From Eubacteriales bacterium (lineage in GTDB: Bacteria > Bacillota > Clostridia > Oscillospirales > SIG627): a stretch of DNA of 64,000 nt. The notes below the pieces were generated by a model. The model did not search any database. It saw only the letters and a list, made by a program, of their open reading frames with translations, and had not been told where the DNA came from. Where the stretch lies: assembly GCA_045541915.1 (NCBI GenBank), contig JAZQJZ010000037.1, positions 52,735 to 116,734 of the forward strand, read 5' to 3'. Both the position numbers and the translations under genes were made by a program. Each line of letters begins with the position of its first letter. The first letter of the stretch is position 1. This document shows positions 25,890-35,799 of this stretch, piece after piece.

Positions 25890-27203
25890 ATGTTAAAAGT
25901 AATCAAATTTGGCGGAACGTCCCTCGCCAGTGCAGAGCAGTTTAAGAAGGTAGCTTCCATCGTTCGGGAGGATAAGACCCGCCGCTATGTGGTGGCCTCT
26001 GCCCCGGGAAAGCGCTTTTCCGATGATATCAAGGTGACGGATCTTCTTTTGAAGTGCTATGCCTTGGCCAGAGAAAGAGAAAATTTCGAAGAGCCCTTCG
26101 GTCAGATCAAATCCCGATTTGAGCAGATCATTGCAGAGCTTGGAATTTCTCTGTCCCTGGAGGAAGAGTTTGCCGCTTTTTATACCAGAATCTGCAAGGG
26201 TGCCAGCGAAGCATACATTGCGTCCCGCGGTGAGCATTTCAATGCCCGGATCCTGGCAGCTTATTTGAATTTCCCCTTCATCGAAGTGGCAGAGGGCATT
26301 ATTTTCGATGAAAAGGGCGCTTTGATGGAAGAGGTGACCAATGAAAAATTGGCCGCTCTTTTGAAGAAGCATACCCGTGCCGTTCTTCCCGGCTTTTACG
26401 GTGCTACCGAGCACGGTGACATTCGTATTTTCAGCCGCGGCGGTTCCGATATTACCGGTTCTCTTGCCGCCCGTGCCGTGAAGGCCGATCTGTATGAAAA
26501 CTGGACCGATGTTTCCGGTCTTTTGATGGCCGATCCTCGCATTGTAAAGGATCCCCGTGCCATTGAATTTGTGACCTACCGTGAATTGCGCGAGCTTTCC
26601 TATATGGGTGCCAGTGTGCTTCACGAGGACGCCATTTTCCCTGTGCGCAGAGAGGGAATCCCCATTAATATCCGCAACACCAATGCCCCCGAGGATGCAG
26701 GTACCATGATCGTGGAAAATGCGGAAAAGAGTGTTGGCATTGTGACCGGTATTGCCGGCAAAAAGGGCTTTGGCGCCATTTATGTGGAAAAGGGAATGAT
26801 GAACAGCGAATTGGGCTTCGGCCGCAAGGTGCTGGGCGTTCTGGAAGAAAAGAAAATCAGCTTTGAGCATCTCCCCAGCGGCATTGACACCCTGACGGTT
26901 GTGGTGGATCGCAATGCCCTGGTGGGAAGAGAAAATGAGATCATTCATGACCTGCAGAAGGCAGTCAAAGCAGATCGTATCCACTTGGTGGAGGACCTTT
27001 GTCTCATCGCTGTGGTAGGCCGGGGTATGATCAACTCTCCCGGTACTGCCGCCAGACTTTTCAGTGCCCTGGCAAGGGAAAAGATCAACATCCGTATGAT
27101 CGACCAAGGCTCTAGCGAATTGAATATTATCGTGGCACTGGAAGAAAAGGATTATGAAAAGGCACTGCAGGCCATTTATTCGGAGTTTGTTCCGGAGGTT
27201 TAA
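25890..27203 (+). CDS. lysC: Aspartate kinase
   Basis: KFGGTS, SRGGSD, WTDVSG and two ACT domains. Confidence 0.95.
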   Translation: MLKVIKFGGTSLASAEQFKKVASIVREDKTRRYVVASAPGKRFSDDIKVTDLLLKCYALARERENFEEPFGQIKSRFEQIIAELGISLSLEEEFAAFYTRICKGASEAYIASRGEHFNARILAAYLNFPFIEVAEGIIFDEKGALMEEVTNEKLAALLKKHTRAVLPGFYGATEHGDIRIFSRGGSDITGSLAARAVKADLYENWTDVSGLLMADPRIVKDPRAIEFVTYRELRELSYMGASVLHEDAIFPVRREGIPINIRNTNAPEDAGTMIVENAEKSVGIVTGIAGKKGFGAIYVEKGMMNSELGFGRKVLGVLEEKKISFEHLPSGIDTLTVVVDRNALVGRENEIIHDLQKAVKADRIHLVEDLCLIAVVGRGMINSPGTAARLFSALAREKINIRMIDQGSSELNIIVALEEKDYEKALQAIYSEFVPEV

Positions 27204-28511
27204 ATGAAAAAACTGACGTGTAAAAACTGTTCCGTCACCCCGGAAGGCAGACTTTTGTTTGCCGGACGAGACTTGGGAGAACTGGCACAAAAGTATGGAA
27301 CGGCGCTCTATGTGATGGATGAGGACAGGATTCGGGAAATGTGCCGGATCTACCAAATGGCTATGAAAAAAGCCTTTGGGGACTCTGCTCAGCCTCTCTT
27401 TGCCAGTAAGGCCTGCTCCTTCAAGCAGATCTATCGCATTATGAAGGAAGAGAAAATGGGCATTGATGTAGTCTCTCCCGGTGAGATCTATACTGCCAAA
27501 AAAGCAGACTTCCCCATGGAACAGGCATATTTTCACAGTAACAATAAAACCGATGAAGATATCCGCTTTGCCATGGAATGCGGTGTGGGCTACTTTGTGG
27601 CAGACAATGAAGAGGAAGTTGTCGCGGTGGACCGCATTGCCCGAGAGAGGGGAATCCGGCAGAAAATGCTGCTTCGCATTACCCCCGGTATCGACCCTCA
27701 TACCTATGAAGAGGTGGCCACGGGAAAGGTGGATTCTAAATTCGGTTCCGCCATTGAAACCGGTCAGGCGATGGAAATCACAAAGCTTACTTTGACCATG
27801 CAAAATGTGGATCTGAAAGGCTTTCACTGCCACGTGGGCAGCCAGGTGTTTGATTCGGATGTGTTCCTTCGCTCTGCGGAAAAAATGCTGGAGTTTATCT
27901 TGCAGGTGCGCAGTACCACCGGCTATACCGCATCGGAATTGGATCTTGGCGGAGGCTTTGGTGTAAGATATGTAGAAAGCGATCCGGAGTATTCTCTGGA
28001 AGAGATGATCCTGGAAGTGGGGGAGGCCTTTCACAAGCTTTGTGAGAAACTTGAGATCCCTATGCCCGCGGTTCGAATGGAGCCGGGCAGAAGCATCGTT
28101 GCCGATGCTGGGTTGACCCTTTATTCTGTGGGTATGGTGAAAAGGATCAAGGGATATAAGAATTATGTTTCTGTAAATGGCGGTATAAGTGACAATCCTC
28201 GCTTTGCTCTTTACGGCTCTCAGTACACCGTGGTGCTTCCGGAAAAAATGAAGGAAGCCGATGATTTTTCTTGCTCGGTGGTAGGCCGCTGTTGCGAAAG
28301 CGGAGACATTCTCCAGGAGAATGTTCTTCTTCCGTCCTCCGTTCGAAGAGGAGACCTTCTGGCGGTTCTGACCACCGGTGCTTACAACTACTCTATGGCA
28401 TCTCATTACAACCGGGTGTTAAAGCTTCCTGTGATTATGCTCTCCGGTGGCAAGGACTATGTGGCAGTCCGCAGAGAAACCTTTGAGGATCTTGCCGCCT
28501 GCGATCTATAA
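27204..28511 (+). CDS. lysA: Diaminopimelate decarboxylase
   Basis: FASKA, SKFG, HCHVGSQ, EPGRSIV, CCESGD and GAYNYSMASHYN motifs. Confidence 0.97.
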   Translation: MKKLTCKNCSVTPEGRLLFAGRDLGELAQKYGTALYVMDEDRIREMCRIYQMAMKKAFGDSAQPLFASKACSFKQIYRIMKEEKMGIDVVSPGEIYTAKKADFPMEQAYFHSNNKTDEDIRFAMECGVGYFVADNEEEVVAVDRIARERGIRQKMLLRITPGIDPHTYEEVATGKVDSKFGSAIETGQAMEITKLTLTMQNVDLKGFHCHVGSQVFDSDVFLRSAEKMLEFILQVRSTTGYTASELDLGGGFGVRYVESDPEYSLEEMILEVGEAFHKLCEKLEIPMPAVRMEPGRSIVADAGLTLYSVGMVKRIKGYKNYVSVNGGISDNPRFALYGSQYTVVLPEKMKEADDFSCSVVGRCCESGDILQENVLLPSSVRRGDLLAVLTTGAYNYSMASHYNRVLKLPVIMLSGGKDYVAVRRETFEDLAACDL

Positions 28512-28516
28512 AAAAG

Positions 28517-28545
28517 AAAAAGAACCCAATTTTGGGTTCTTTTTT
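28517..28545. terminator. Bidirectional terminator
   Basis: AAAAAGAACCCAA-t-TTGGGTTCTTTTTT. Confidence 0.8.
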
Positions 28546-28554
28546 GTTTGCTAT

Positions 28555-29424
28555 TTATTCTTTGTCAGGAGGCAGGATCTCTGCACCTACCATCTCCTCC
28601 AGCCATTCCTGACAAAGAGGAAGCCAGGTGGCAATGTGGGGATTGTTCGAATTGTTTTTCAAGGGTGCGTTTTGCGAATTTCTTGCCTGTGTGATACGGT
28701 TGGCAACGGAAAGACCATGCTTTCCCCAACCGTACATATGAAACTCTGTGGGAACGCCTTGTTTTTGCAGAGCGGAGGCAAGAACCAGAGAGTGCTCACA
28801 GGAAACGATCGCATCGCTTACGGTGGTCCACAAAAAGGTGGGCGGAGTGTTGGGAGAAACCTGCTTTTCCATGGAAACCAATTTTCTGCGCTCAGGGGTA
28901 TCCTCTTTTCCCATCATCACCATGGTGCAGTCCGGGTGCATCAAATCCGGTTCGGTGGAAACCAGAGGGTAGCAAATGATCTGCGCCGCAGGGCGAAGAA
29001 GGTTCTTTTCTTTTCCCACCATTTCCGAAAGCCAATCCTTGTCCCAGAACACACCTAGGGAAAGGGCAAGATGTGCGCCGGCAGAGAAGCCGCAAGTTAC
29101 GATTCGATCGGGATCGATACAAAGCCGCTGAGCATTTTCCTTTAAATATGCCATGGCAAGAGCTTCTTCACAAAGAGGCTGAGGGAATTGGGCATCTTCG
29201 TTGGTGCTGTAAGAGAGAATGGCGGCATTGTAACCGTAAGTTAAAAAACGAAATGCAATGGCTTCCCCCTCCCGAACGGAAACAAGGCGATATCCGCCGC
29301 CGGGAGAGATCAAAACGGTAGGCCGGCGCTGGACGGGGGATTTTTTCAACATTTTGGGAATAAACAGGGTGAGAGTTGCATTATCTTTTCCGCCAAAGGG
29401 AAGGGATACAGTTTCGTAGATCAT
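28555..29424 (-). CDS. Alpha/beta hydrolase (acetyl esterase, BD-FAE-like), copy 1
   Basis: PGGGY oxyanion motif, GFSAG nucleophile, catalytic D and HGLS. Confidence 0.88.
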   Translation of the reverse strand: MIYETVSLPFGGKDNATLTLFIPKMLKKSPVQRRPTVLISPGGGYRLVSVREGEAIAFRFLTYGYNAAILSYSTNEDAQFPQPLCEEALAMAYLKENAQRLCIDPDRIVTCGFSAGAHLALSLGVFWDKDWLSEMVGKEKNLLRPAAQIICYPLVSTEPDLMHPDCTMVMMGKEDTPERRKLVSMEKQVSPNTPPTFLWTTVSDAIVSCEHSLVLASALQKQGVPTEFHMYGWGKHGLSVANRITQARNSQNAPLKNNSNNPHIATWLPLCQEWLEEMVGAEILPPDKE

Positions 29425-29497
29425 AATATTCTCCTATTTTTTTGAATCAATTTTTTTAAAAGTGTGAAAGAGAGAATCAGACTGTGGAGAATGAAAA

Positions 29498-30376
29498 TTA
29501 TTCTTCTGTTTTTTCCGGCAGAGAAAGCTCTACTCCGAACATTTCCTCCAGCCATTCTTCACAAAGGGGAAGCCAGGTGGCAATGTGAGGGTTCACGTGA
29601 CTGCGCTTCAACTCTTCTCCGTAATTTTCCGGAGTTTGGGTGATGCGGTTGGCCAGGGAAAGACCGTGTCTGCCCCAACCGTAAACGTGAAATTCCATGG
29701 GAACTCCCGCCTCTTGCAGAGCCAAAGCCAAAAGCAGAGAGTTCTTAACGGGCACTGCCTTGTCAGGCTGTGTGCTCCAAAGGAAGGTGGGAGGAGTGAG
29801 GGGAGAAACCTGCTTTTCCAGAGAAACCAGCTCCAATTCTTCCGGTGTAGGATCCTCTCCCACCAAACGTCGAATGCTTCCATTATGCCGGAAGGAGGGA
29901 TCGCTGGTGACCACCGGATAGCAGATGATCTGGGCGGTAGGACGCAACAGTTCATTGTCTTTTCCCACTTTTTCCGAAAGCCACTTTTTATCCCAGAACA
30001 CGCCCAGGGAAAGGGCCAGGTGACCGCCGGCGGAAAATCCGCAGGTGTAAATGCGGCTGGGATCAATCAAGTATGTTTCGCAGTTTTCCTTTAAATATGC
30101 CACCCCCAGCGCGGCCTCGCAGAGGGATTGAGGAAAACGGGCATCCTCCTTCACACTGTAAGAAAGCACGGCGGCGTTAAATCCCATGGTGAGAAAACGG
30201 AAGGCGATGCATTCTCCCTCACGAACGGAAACAAGGCTATATCCACCGCCGGGACAGACCAGCACGGTGGGGCGGCGTTTTACGACGGTCTTTTCCTTTG
30301 GTTCGGGAATGTAAAGGGTAAGAGTGGCATTGTTCTTTCCGCCAAAGGGAATGGGGACTGTTTTCAGTGTCATCAT
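29498..30376 (-). CDS. Alpha/beta hydrolase (acetyl esterase, BD-FAE-like), copy 2
   Basis: Same motifs; clear tandem paralog of 28555-29424. Confidence 0.88.
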   Translation of the reverse strand: MMTLKTVPIPFGGKNNATLTLYIPEPKEKTVVKRRPTVLVCPGGGYSLVSVREGECIAFRFLTMGFNAAVLSYSVKEDARFPQSLCEAALGVAYLKENCETYLIDPSRIYTCGFSAGGHLALSLGVFWDKKWLSEKVGKDNELLRPTAQIICYPVVTSDPSFRHNGSIRRLVGEDPTPEELELVSLEKQVSPLTPPTFLWSTQPDKAVPVKNSLLLALALQEAGVPMEFHVYGWGRHGLSLANRITQTPENYGEELKRSHVNPHIATWLPLCEEWLEEMFGVELSLPEKTEE

Positions 30377-30545
30377 TTCTTCTGCCTCGTTTTGAAGTTT
30401 TTCTATCACATTGTATCACAAAAAAAGTTTCTTTGCAAGAAAAGGGAGAAAACACTGGGAAAATCAGAAAAAACTATTGAAAAAAAGTGAAAAGTGTAGT
30501 AAAATAACACTGATTTTTGAAATGGAATTTGAAAGGAAAAAGGCG

Positions 30546-31352
30546 ATGATCGGGACCATAGAAGTGATTGATTCCCATTGTCATATTTATCCGGAAAAGA
30601 TCGCAGCTCGCGCCTGCGCCGGAACGGATCGCTTTTATGGCACCACCGCCGCTTGTGACGGAACCACCGCCGGTCTTTTGAAAAAAACAGCCGACGGTAG
30701 AATCGATCGTTTTCTGGTTCACTCTGTTGCTACCACACCCAGCCAGGTGCGAAGCATCAATGATTTTATTTCCGGCGAAGTAAAGCATGATCCTACCCAC
30801 TTTTTCGGCTTTGGTACCATGCATCCGGAAAGCGAGGATCCAAAGGGCGATCTTCAGCATCTTTTAGAAGTAGGGCTAAAAGGTGTGAAGCTTCACCCGG
30901 ATATCCAGGCCTTTCCCTTGGACGGGCCCCGTGCCATGGCCATTTTCCAGCTTTGCCAGGAGAATGAGATTCCGGTTCTTCTTCATACCGGTGACCATCG
31001 GTATGATTTTTCCAATCCCAATCGTCTTATCCCCGTTTTAAAGGCCTTTCCAAACCTGACGGTGATCGGCGCCCATTTGGGTGGCTGGTCCATCTGGGAG
31101 GAGGCTTGCGATCGTATGGCAGGGACTCCTAATTTGCATGTAGACTGTTCCTCCACCTTTCCTTTCTATAACAAAGAGAGAGCAAAAGAATTGATCCTGC
31201 GTTGGGGCGTGGATCGGGTTTTGTTCGGATCGGATTTTCCCATGTGGGATCCGATCAAAGAATTGGACACCTTTTTGTCCTTGGATTTGGGGGAAGAAGC
31301 AAACCGCAAGATCTTGGGAGAAAACGCGAAAAAACTGTTTTGTCTTTTGTAA
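30546..31352 (+). CDS. Amidohydrolase family 2 protein
   Basis: IDSHCH, GVKLHP, LLHTG, AHLGG and LFGSDFP motifs. Confidence 0.9.
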   Translation: MIGTIEVIDSHCHIYPEKIAARACAGTDRFYGTTAACDGTTAGLLKKTADGRIDRFLVHSVATTPSQVRSINDFISGEVKHDPTHFFGFGTMHPESEDPKGDLQHLLEVGLKGVKLHPDIQAFPLDGPRAMAIFQLCQENEIPVLLHTGDHRYDFSNPNRLIPVLKAFPNLTVIGAHLGGWSIWEEACDRMAGTPNLHVDCSSTFPFYNKERAKELILRWGVDRVLFGSDFPMWDPIKELDTFLSLDLGEEANRKILGENAKKLFCLL

Positions 31353-31363
31353 AGGATAAAGAA

Positions 31364-32170
31364 ATGCGCCATTCCAATATTCATACCCACACTGTTTTTT
31401 CCGACGGAAAAAATACTCCGGAGGAAATGGCAGAGGAGGCCATCAGACTGGGATTGGTTTCTCTTGGCTTTTCCGATCATAGTGATACTCCTTTCTTTCC
31501 CGAAGACTGCATGAAGAAAGAGGAGTATCAAGCGTATCGGAAAACCGTCTATGAGCTAAAACGAAAAAACGAAGGGAAAATCGAAATTTTTTGTGGCATT
31601 GAAAAGGATTATTTTTCCCAAATTGAGCCTGGATTTTTCGATTATGTAATCGGTTCCGTTCACTATATCACCTCTCCCGACGGATTTGCTCCCATTGATT
31701 ATTCCCTGGAGCGTCAGATGGAATATATCCGTGATTTTGGCCATTCAGATCCTTTGGAGTTGGCAAAGCGCTATTATGAAACAGTCGTGGAGCACGCTGA
31801 AAAGAATACTTTTGATGTTCAAGGACATTTTGATCTGGTCAACAAATACGGTCTGTTTGACGGGGCCGGGGAGGAATACCGGCGAGTTGCTCTGGAAGCG
31901 CTGGATGAGGTGATGAAAAAGGTGCCCTTCATTGAGGTGAATACCGGCGCCATTGCCAGGGGCTATCGAACAGAGCCTTATCCGGATGATTTTCTTTTAA
32001 ATAGGATTTTGGAAAAAGACGGAAAATTGGTGCTGAACGGTGATTCTCATAAGATCTCGCACCTTTCCTGTCATTATGATCAGTCCCTTTTGAAGCTAAA
32101 GCAAATGGGGTTTGCATCCATTTGGCAAAAGCGTGAGGGGCGTTTCTGTGAAGTTAAAATGAATTTGTAA
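31364..32170 (+). CDS. PHP-family histidinol-phosphatase (HisJ/HisK-like)
   Basis: HTHTVFSDG, GFSDH, IGSVH, GHFD, EVNT and DSH motifs. Confidence 0.88.
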   Translation: MRHSNIHTHTVFSDGKNTPEEMAEEAIRLGLVSLGFSDHSDTPFFPEDCMKKEEYQAYRKTVYELKRKNEGKIEIFCGIEKDYFSQIEPGFFDYVIGSVHYITSPDGFAPIDYSLERQMEYIRDFGHSDPLELAKRYYETVVEHAEKNTFDVQGHFDLVNKYGLFDGAGEEYRRVALEALDEVMKKVPFIEVNTGAIARGYRTEPYPDDFLLNRILEKDGKLVLNGDSHKISHLSCHYDQSLLKLKQMGFASIWQKREGRFCEVKMNL

Positions 32171-32195
32171 CGGGAGAAACCGAAAATTTTACCTG

Positions 32196-32263
32196 TCAGA
32201 GCGCAGCTTATAACCCAAGCGTCGGCACTGTGATTTGGCGCTTAGAGATGCAATTCCCTCTGA
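32196..32263 (+). ncRNA. Candidate structured cis-regulatory RNA upstream of glyA (class unrecognised)
   Basis: Nested pairings TCAGAG/CTCTGA, GCA/TGC and AAGCGTCGG/TTGGCGCTT; GC-rich island in an AT-rich spacer; no U-tract. Confidence 0.4.
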
Positions 32264-32320
32264 AAAACCTTAAACTTGTTGGATTAAATGATTTTGATAA
32301 AAATAAAGGAGATAGAAAAA

Positions 32321-33562
32321 ATGAACTTTTTCGACGAATTGAAGCAGTATGACCCGGAAGTGTATGCCGCTTGCGACAGAGAACTTTCCCGTCAAAGACA
32401 CAACATTGAACTGATCGCCTCTGAAAACATCGTTTCCAAAGCGGTGCTCCTTGCTGCCGGTACCCCCCTTACCAATAAATACGCAGAAGGATACCCCGGA
32501 AAGAGATATTACGGCGGTTGTGAGCACGTAGATGAATTGGAAAGCATTGCCATTGAAAGAGCCAAAAAGCTCTTTGGTGCAGAGCATGCCAATGTTCAGC
32601 CCCATTGCGGCGCCTCTGCCAACCTGGCTGTTTTCTTTGCTTTGGTTCAGCCCGGTGATACGGTTATGGGTCTTTCTCTTGCTCACGGCGGTCACCTTTC
32701 CCACGGTTCTCCTGCCAATATTTCCGGTAAGTATTTCAACATTGTTTCATACGGTGTGGACGAAAAGACCGAGGTTCTCAATTACGACGCTTTGCGCGCC
32801 AAGGCGCTGGAGTGCAAACCCAAGCTGATCGTTGCCGGTGCCAGTGCTTACTCCCGCGTGATCGACTTTGAAAAGATCGGTCAGATCGCAAAGGAAGTGG
32901 GCGCGTATTATATGGTGGATATGGCTCACATTGCCGGTCTTGTGGCAGCAGGGGTCCATCCTTCCCCCGTTCCTTATGCAGACGTGGTCACCACCACCAC
33001 CCACAAAACGCTCCGCGGTCCTCGCGGCGGTCTGATCCTTTGCAAGGAAGAATTGGCAAAGCAGATCGATAAGGCTATTTTCCCCGGCACCCAGGGCGGT
33101 CCTCTGGAGCACATCATTGCCGCCAAGGCAGTGGCTTTCGCTGAGGCAATGAAGCCTGAATTTGTAGAATATCAGAAGAAGATTGTGAAAAACGCTGCCA
33201 CCCTTGCCAAGGCTATGGAAAAGGCAGGCTTCCGTGTTTGCTCCGGCGGTACGGATAACCACCTGATGCTCATTGACTTGAGAAACTTCGGTGTTACCGG
33301 AAAAGAAATGCAGGCGCGTCTTGACTCTGTCCATATCACCGTCAATAAGAACGCCATCCCCGACGATCCCGAAAGCCCCTTTGTCACCAGCGGCATCCGT
33401 TTGGGAACTCCCGCAGTGACCTCTCGTGGCTTTGGCGAAGAAGAAATGGAAAAGATCGCCCTTTGGATCCGGGATATTGCATCTGATTATGAAGGAAGCC
33501 GCGAAAGAGTCAGCGCGGAAGTTATGGCTGTTTGCGAAAAATTCCCCATTTACGAGGATTGA
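32321..33562 (+). CDS. glyA: Serine hydroxymethyltransferase
   Basis: [29 protein letters not shown] and [14 protein letters not shown] motifs. Confidence 0.98.
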   Translation: MNFFDELKQYDPEVYAACDRELSRQRHNIELIASENIVSKAVLLAAGTPLTNKYAEGYPGKRYYGGCEHVDELESIAIERAKKLFGAEHANVQPHCGASANLAVFFALVQPGDTVMGLSLAHGGHLSHGSPANISGKYFNIVSYGVDEKTEVLNYDALRAKALECKPKLIVAGASAYSRVIDFEKIGQIAKEVGAYYMVDMAHIAGLVAAGVHPSPVPYADVVTTTTHKTLRGPRGGLILCKEELAKQIDKAIFPGTQGGPLEHIIAAKAVAFAEAMKPEFVEYQKKIVKNAATLAKAMEKAGFRVCSGGTDNHLMLIDLRNFGVTGKEMQARLDSVHITVNKNAIPDDPESPFVTSGIRLGTPAVTSRGFGEEEMEKIALWIRDIASDYEGSRERVSAEVMAVCEKFPIYED

Positions 33563-34140
33563 TGATGAAGCTTATCATTGCATCCGGAAATGCCGGGAAA
33601 TTGAAGGAAATCCGTGCCATTTTAGGGGATCAATTCCAGGAGATTATTTCCATGAAGGAAGCCGGCATCTGCCATGAAACAGTGGAAGACGGCAGTACAT
33701 TTTTGGAGAATGCCCAAAAGAAGGCAAGGGAGATCTGTGAGATTTCCGGGGAAGCCACCCTGGCGGATGACAGCGGCATTTGTGTGGATGCACTGGACGG
33801 TGCGCCGGGAATCTATTCCGCCCGTTTTTGCGGCCGGCACGGCGATGATGAAGCCAACAACCGCCTTTTGATCAAAAAACTTAAGGGCGAGAAAAACCGA
33901 AATGCCCATTACGCTTGCGCCATTTCCATTGCCTTTCCCGATGGCAGCGAAAAACACGCCCTGGGATATCTTTACGGCCAGATCGTGGATTCTCCCAAGG
34001 GAGAGGGCGGATTTGGCTACGATCCCTATTTTTATCTGCCGGAATACGGCCAAACGGCCGCCCAGCTTCCTGCAGAAGAAAAAAACCGGATCAGCCACCG
34101 GGCAGAAGCGTTGAAAAAGCTATTGGAGCAGTTGGTATAA
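33562..34140 (+). CDS. rdgB: Non-canonical purine NTP pyrophosphatase (RdgB/HAM1)
   Basis: SGNAGK, ADDSG, GFGYDP and KNRISHR motifs. Confidence 0.95.
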   Translation: MMKLIIASGNAGKLKEIRAILGDQFQEIISMKEAGICHETVEDGSTFLENAQKKAREICEISGEATLADDSGICVDALDGAPGIYSARFCGRHGDDEANNRLLIKKLKGEKNRNAHYACAISIAFPDGSEKHALGYLYGQIVDSPKGEGGFGYDPYFYLPEYGQTAAQLPAEEKNRISHRAEALKKLLEQLV

Positions 34141-34145
34141 AAAAG

Positions 34146-34180
34146 AAGAGCAGATTTAAAACCTGCTCTTTCTTTTTTTT
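34146..34180. terminator. Bidirectional terminator
   Basis: AAGAGCAG...CTGCTCTT flanked by A and T runs. Confidence 0.75.
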
Positions 34181-34185
34181 GTCTA

Positions 34186-35787
34186 TTAGTCGTTTACTTT
34201 GCGGGTGTAATCGGGAAGAAGCTTGGGAGATACCAGATCAGACTTGATTCCGGCTTGTTCCATCTCTGCGGCAAATTTTTCCACGTGATCCAAAGTAAGC
34301 TTGCCAAGCTTTACTTCCTTTGCTCTGTCAGCGGCATTCTTACCGGCAGAGCGGCCGAAAACGATGATATCCAAAAGGGAGTTACCCATCAGACGGTTTC
34401 TTCCGTGAATACCGCCAACGGCCTCGCCGGCAACGTAAAGACCGGGAACGCAGGTTTCGTTGTCTGCTTTGATCTCCAGACCGCCGTTTTGGTAGTGAAG
34501 AGTGGGATAAATGAGGATGGGCTCCTTGCGGATATCAATTCCGTATTTGCCGAACATTCTCATCATAGCCGGGATTCTCTTTTCGATGGTTCCCTCGCCG
34601 CCCTTTAGTTCGATCATAGGAGTATCCAGCCAAATACCGTAGCCTTCGGGTGTGGGAATCCCCTTGCCACGTTCCTTGCATTCGCGAATGATGGAAGCGG
34701 CGGAAACGTCGCGGGTTTCCAGGGGATGCATAAAGGGAGTTCCGTCTACATTGATGAGCATGGCGCCCAGAGAACGAACCTTTTCAGTTACCAGTGCGCC
34801 GAAGATCTGTTCCGGGAAAGCGGCACCGGTGGGGTGATACTGGAGCGTATCCTGATAAAGCAGCTTTGCGCCGGCTCTGTAACCCAGAACCAAGCCGTCG
34901 GCAGTGGCGCCGTAATGATTGGAGGTGGGGAAGCCCTGATAGTGAAGTCTTCCGCATCCGCCGGTGGCAATGATCACGGTCTTGGCACGGGCAACCATAA
35001 TTTCGCCCGTTTCCATATTCATCAAAACAGCACCGGCAGCCTTGCCCTCTTCATCCAGGATCAATTCAATGGCACTGGTGAAATCCACCACAGGAATCTG
35101 ACGGTTCAGTACCTCATCGCGCAGGGTACGCATAATCTCTGCGCCGGAGTAGTCCTTTGCAGCGTGCATTCTCTTGCGGCTGGTACCGCCGCCGTGGGTA
35201 GTAACCATGGTGCCGTCAGGCATTTTATCAAATTCCACACCCAGATCGTTCAGCCAAGCAATGGCATCGGGAGCTTCGGTGACCAAACGGTAAAGAAGTT
35301 CGGGCTTGTTGGCAAAGTGACCGCCGCCAAGTGCATCCACATAGTGAATGGCAGGGGAGTCGTTGGACTTGTCTGCGGCCTGAATGCCGCCTTCTGCCAT
35401 CATGGTGTTGGCATCACCGATACGAAGTTTGGTGACGATCATGACATTGGCACCCTTTTCGTGGGCTTCAATGGCAGCACTGGATCCGGCACCGCCGCCA
35501 CCGATGATGAGAACATCCACATCGTAGGTGGGGTTTTCCAGATCGATTTTCATTCCCTTAACCCGGGAATTGGCTTCCAGCAGAGCGCAAAGCTCCAGCG
35601 GAACCTTTTCGCCCTTGTTGGGGCCGACGGTCAGCTTGGTGAACTGGCTTTCAATATAGTCCGGATGGAAGGTGGCAAGGAGCTTTTCCTTTTCCTCTGC
35701 CGTCATTCTTCGGGGTTCTGTTTTGGCATTGGCGGCGCGATTTGCTTCCACCTTCGCCATAGACTCTCGCATGGTTTCGTTGTACAT
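34186..35787 (-). CDS. Soluble fumarate reductase / succinate dehydrogenase-family flavoprotein (TfrA-like)
   Basis: GGGGAG FAD motif, ANTMMAEGG, QYHPTG, TEKVR, TRD, HYQNGG and HGRNRLMGNSL dicarboxylate-site residues. Confidence 0.88.
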   Translation of the reverse strand: MYNETMRESMAKVEANRAANAKTEPRRMTAEEKEKLLATFHPDYIESQFTKLTVGPNKGEKVPLELCALLEANSRVKGMKIDLENPTYDVDVLIIGGGGAGSSAAIEAHEKGANVMIVTKLRIGDANTMMAEGGIQAADKSNDSPAIHYVDALGGGHFANKPELLYRLVTEAPDAIAWLNDLGVEFDKMPDGTMVTTHGGGTSRKRMHAAKDYSGAEIMRTLRDEVLNRQIPVVDFTSAIELILDEEGKAAGAVLMNMETGEIMVARAKTVIIATGGCGRLHYQGFPTSNHYGATADGLVLGYRAGAKLLYQDTLQYHPTGAAFPEQIFGALVTEKVRSLGAMLINVDGTPFMHPLETRDVSAASIIRECKERGKGIPTPEGYGIWLDTPMIELKGGEGTIEKRIPAMMRMFGKYGIDIRKEPILIYPTLHYQNGGLEIKADNETCVPGLYVAGEAVGGIHGRNRLMGNSLLDIIVFGRSAGKNAADRAKEVKLGKLTLDHVEKFAAEMEQAGIKSDLVSPKLLPDYTRKVND

Positions 35788-35799
35788 TTTTCTCCCCCC

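Noticed and set aside
25893-28406. 837-aa minus-strand ORF
   Set aside because: Antisense shadow of lysC-lysA with no recognisable motifs; explained by codon bias of the real genes.
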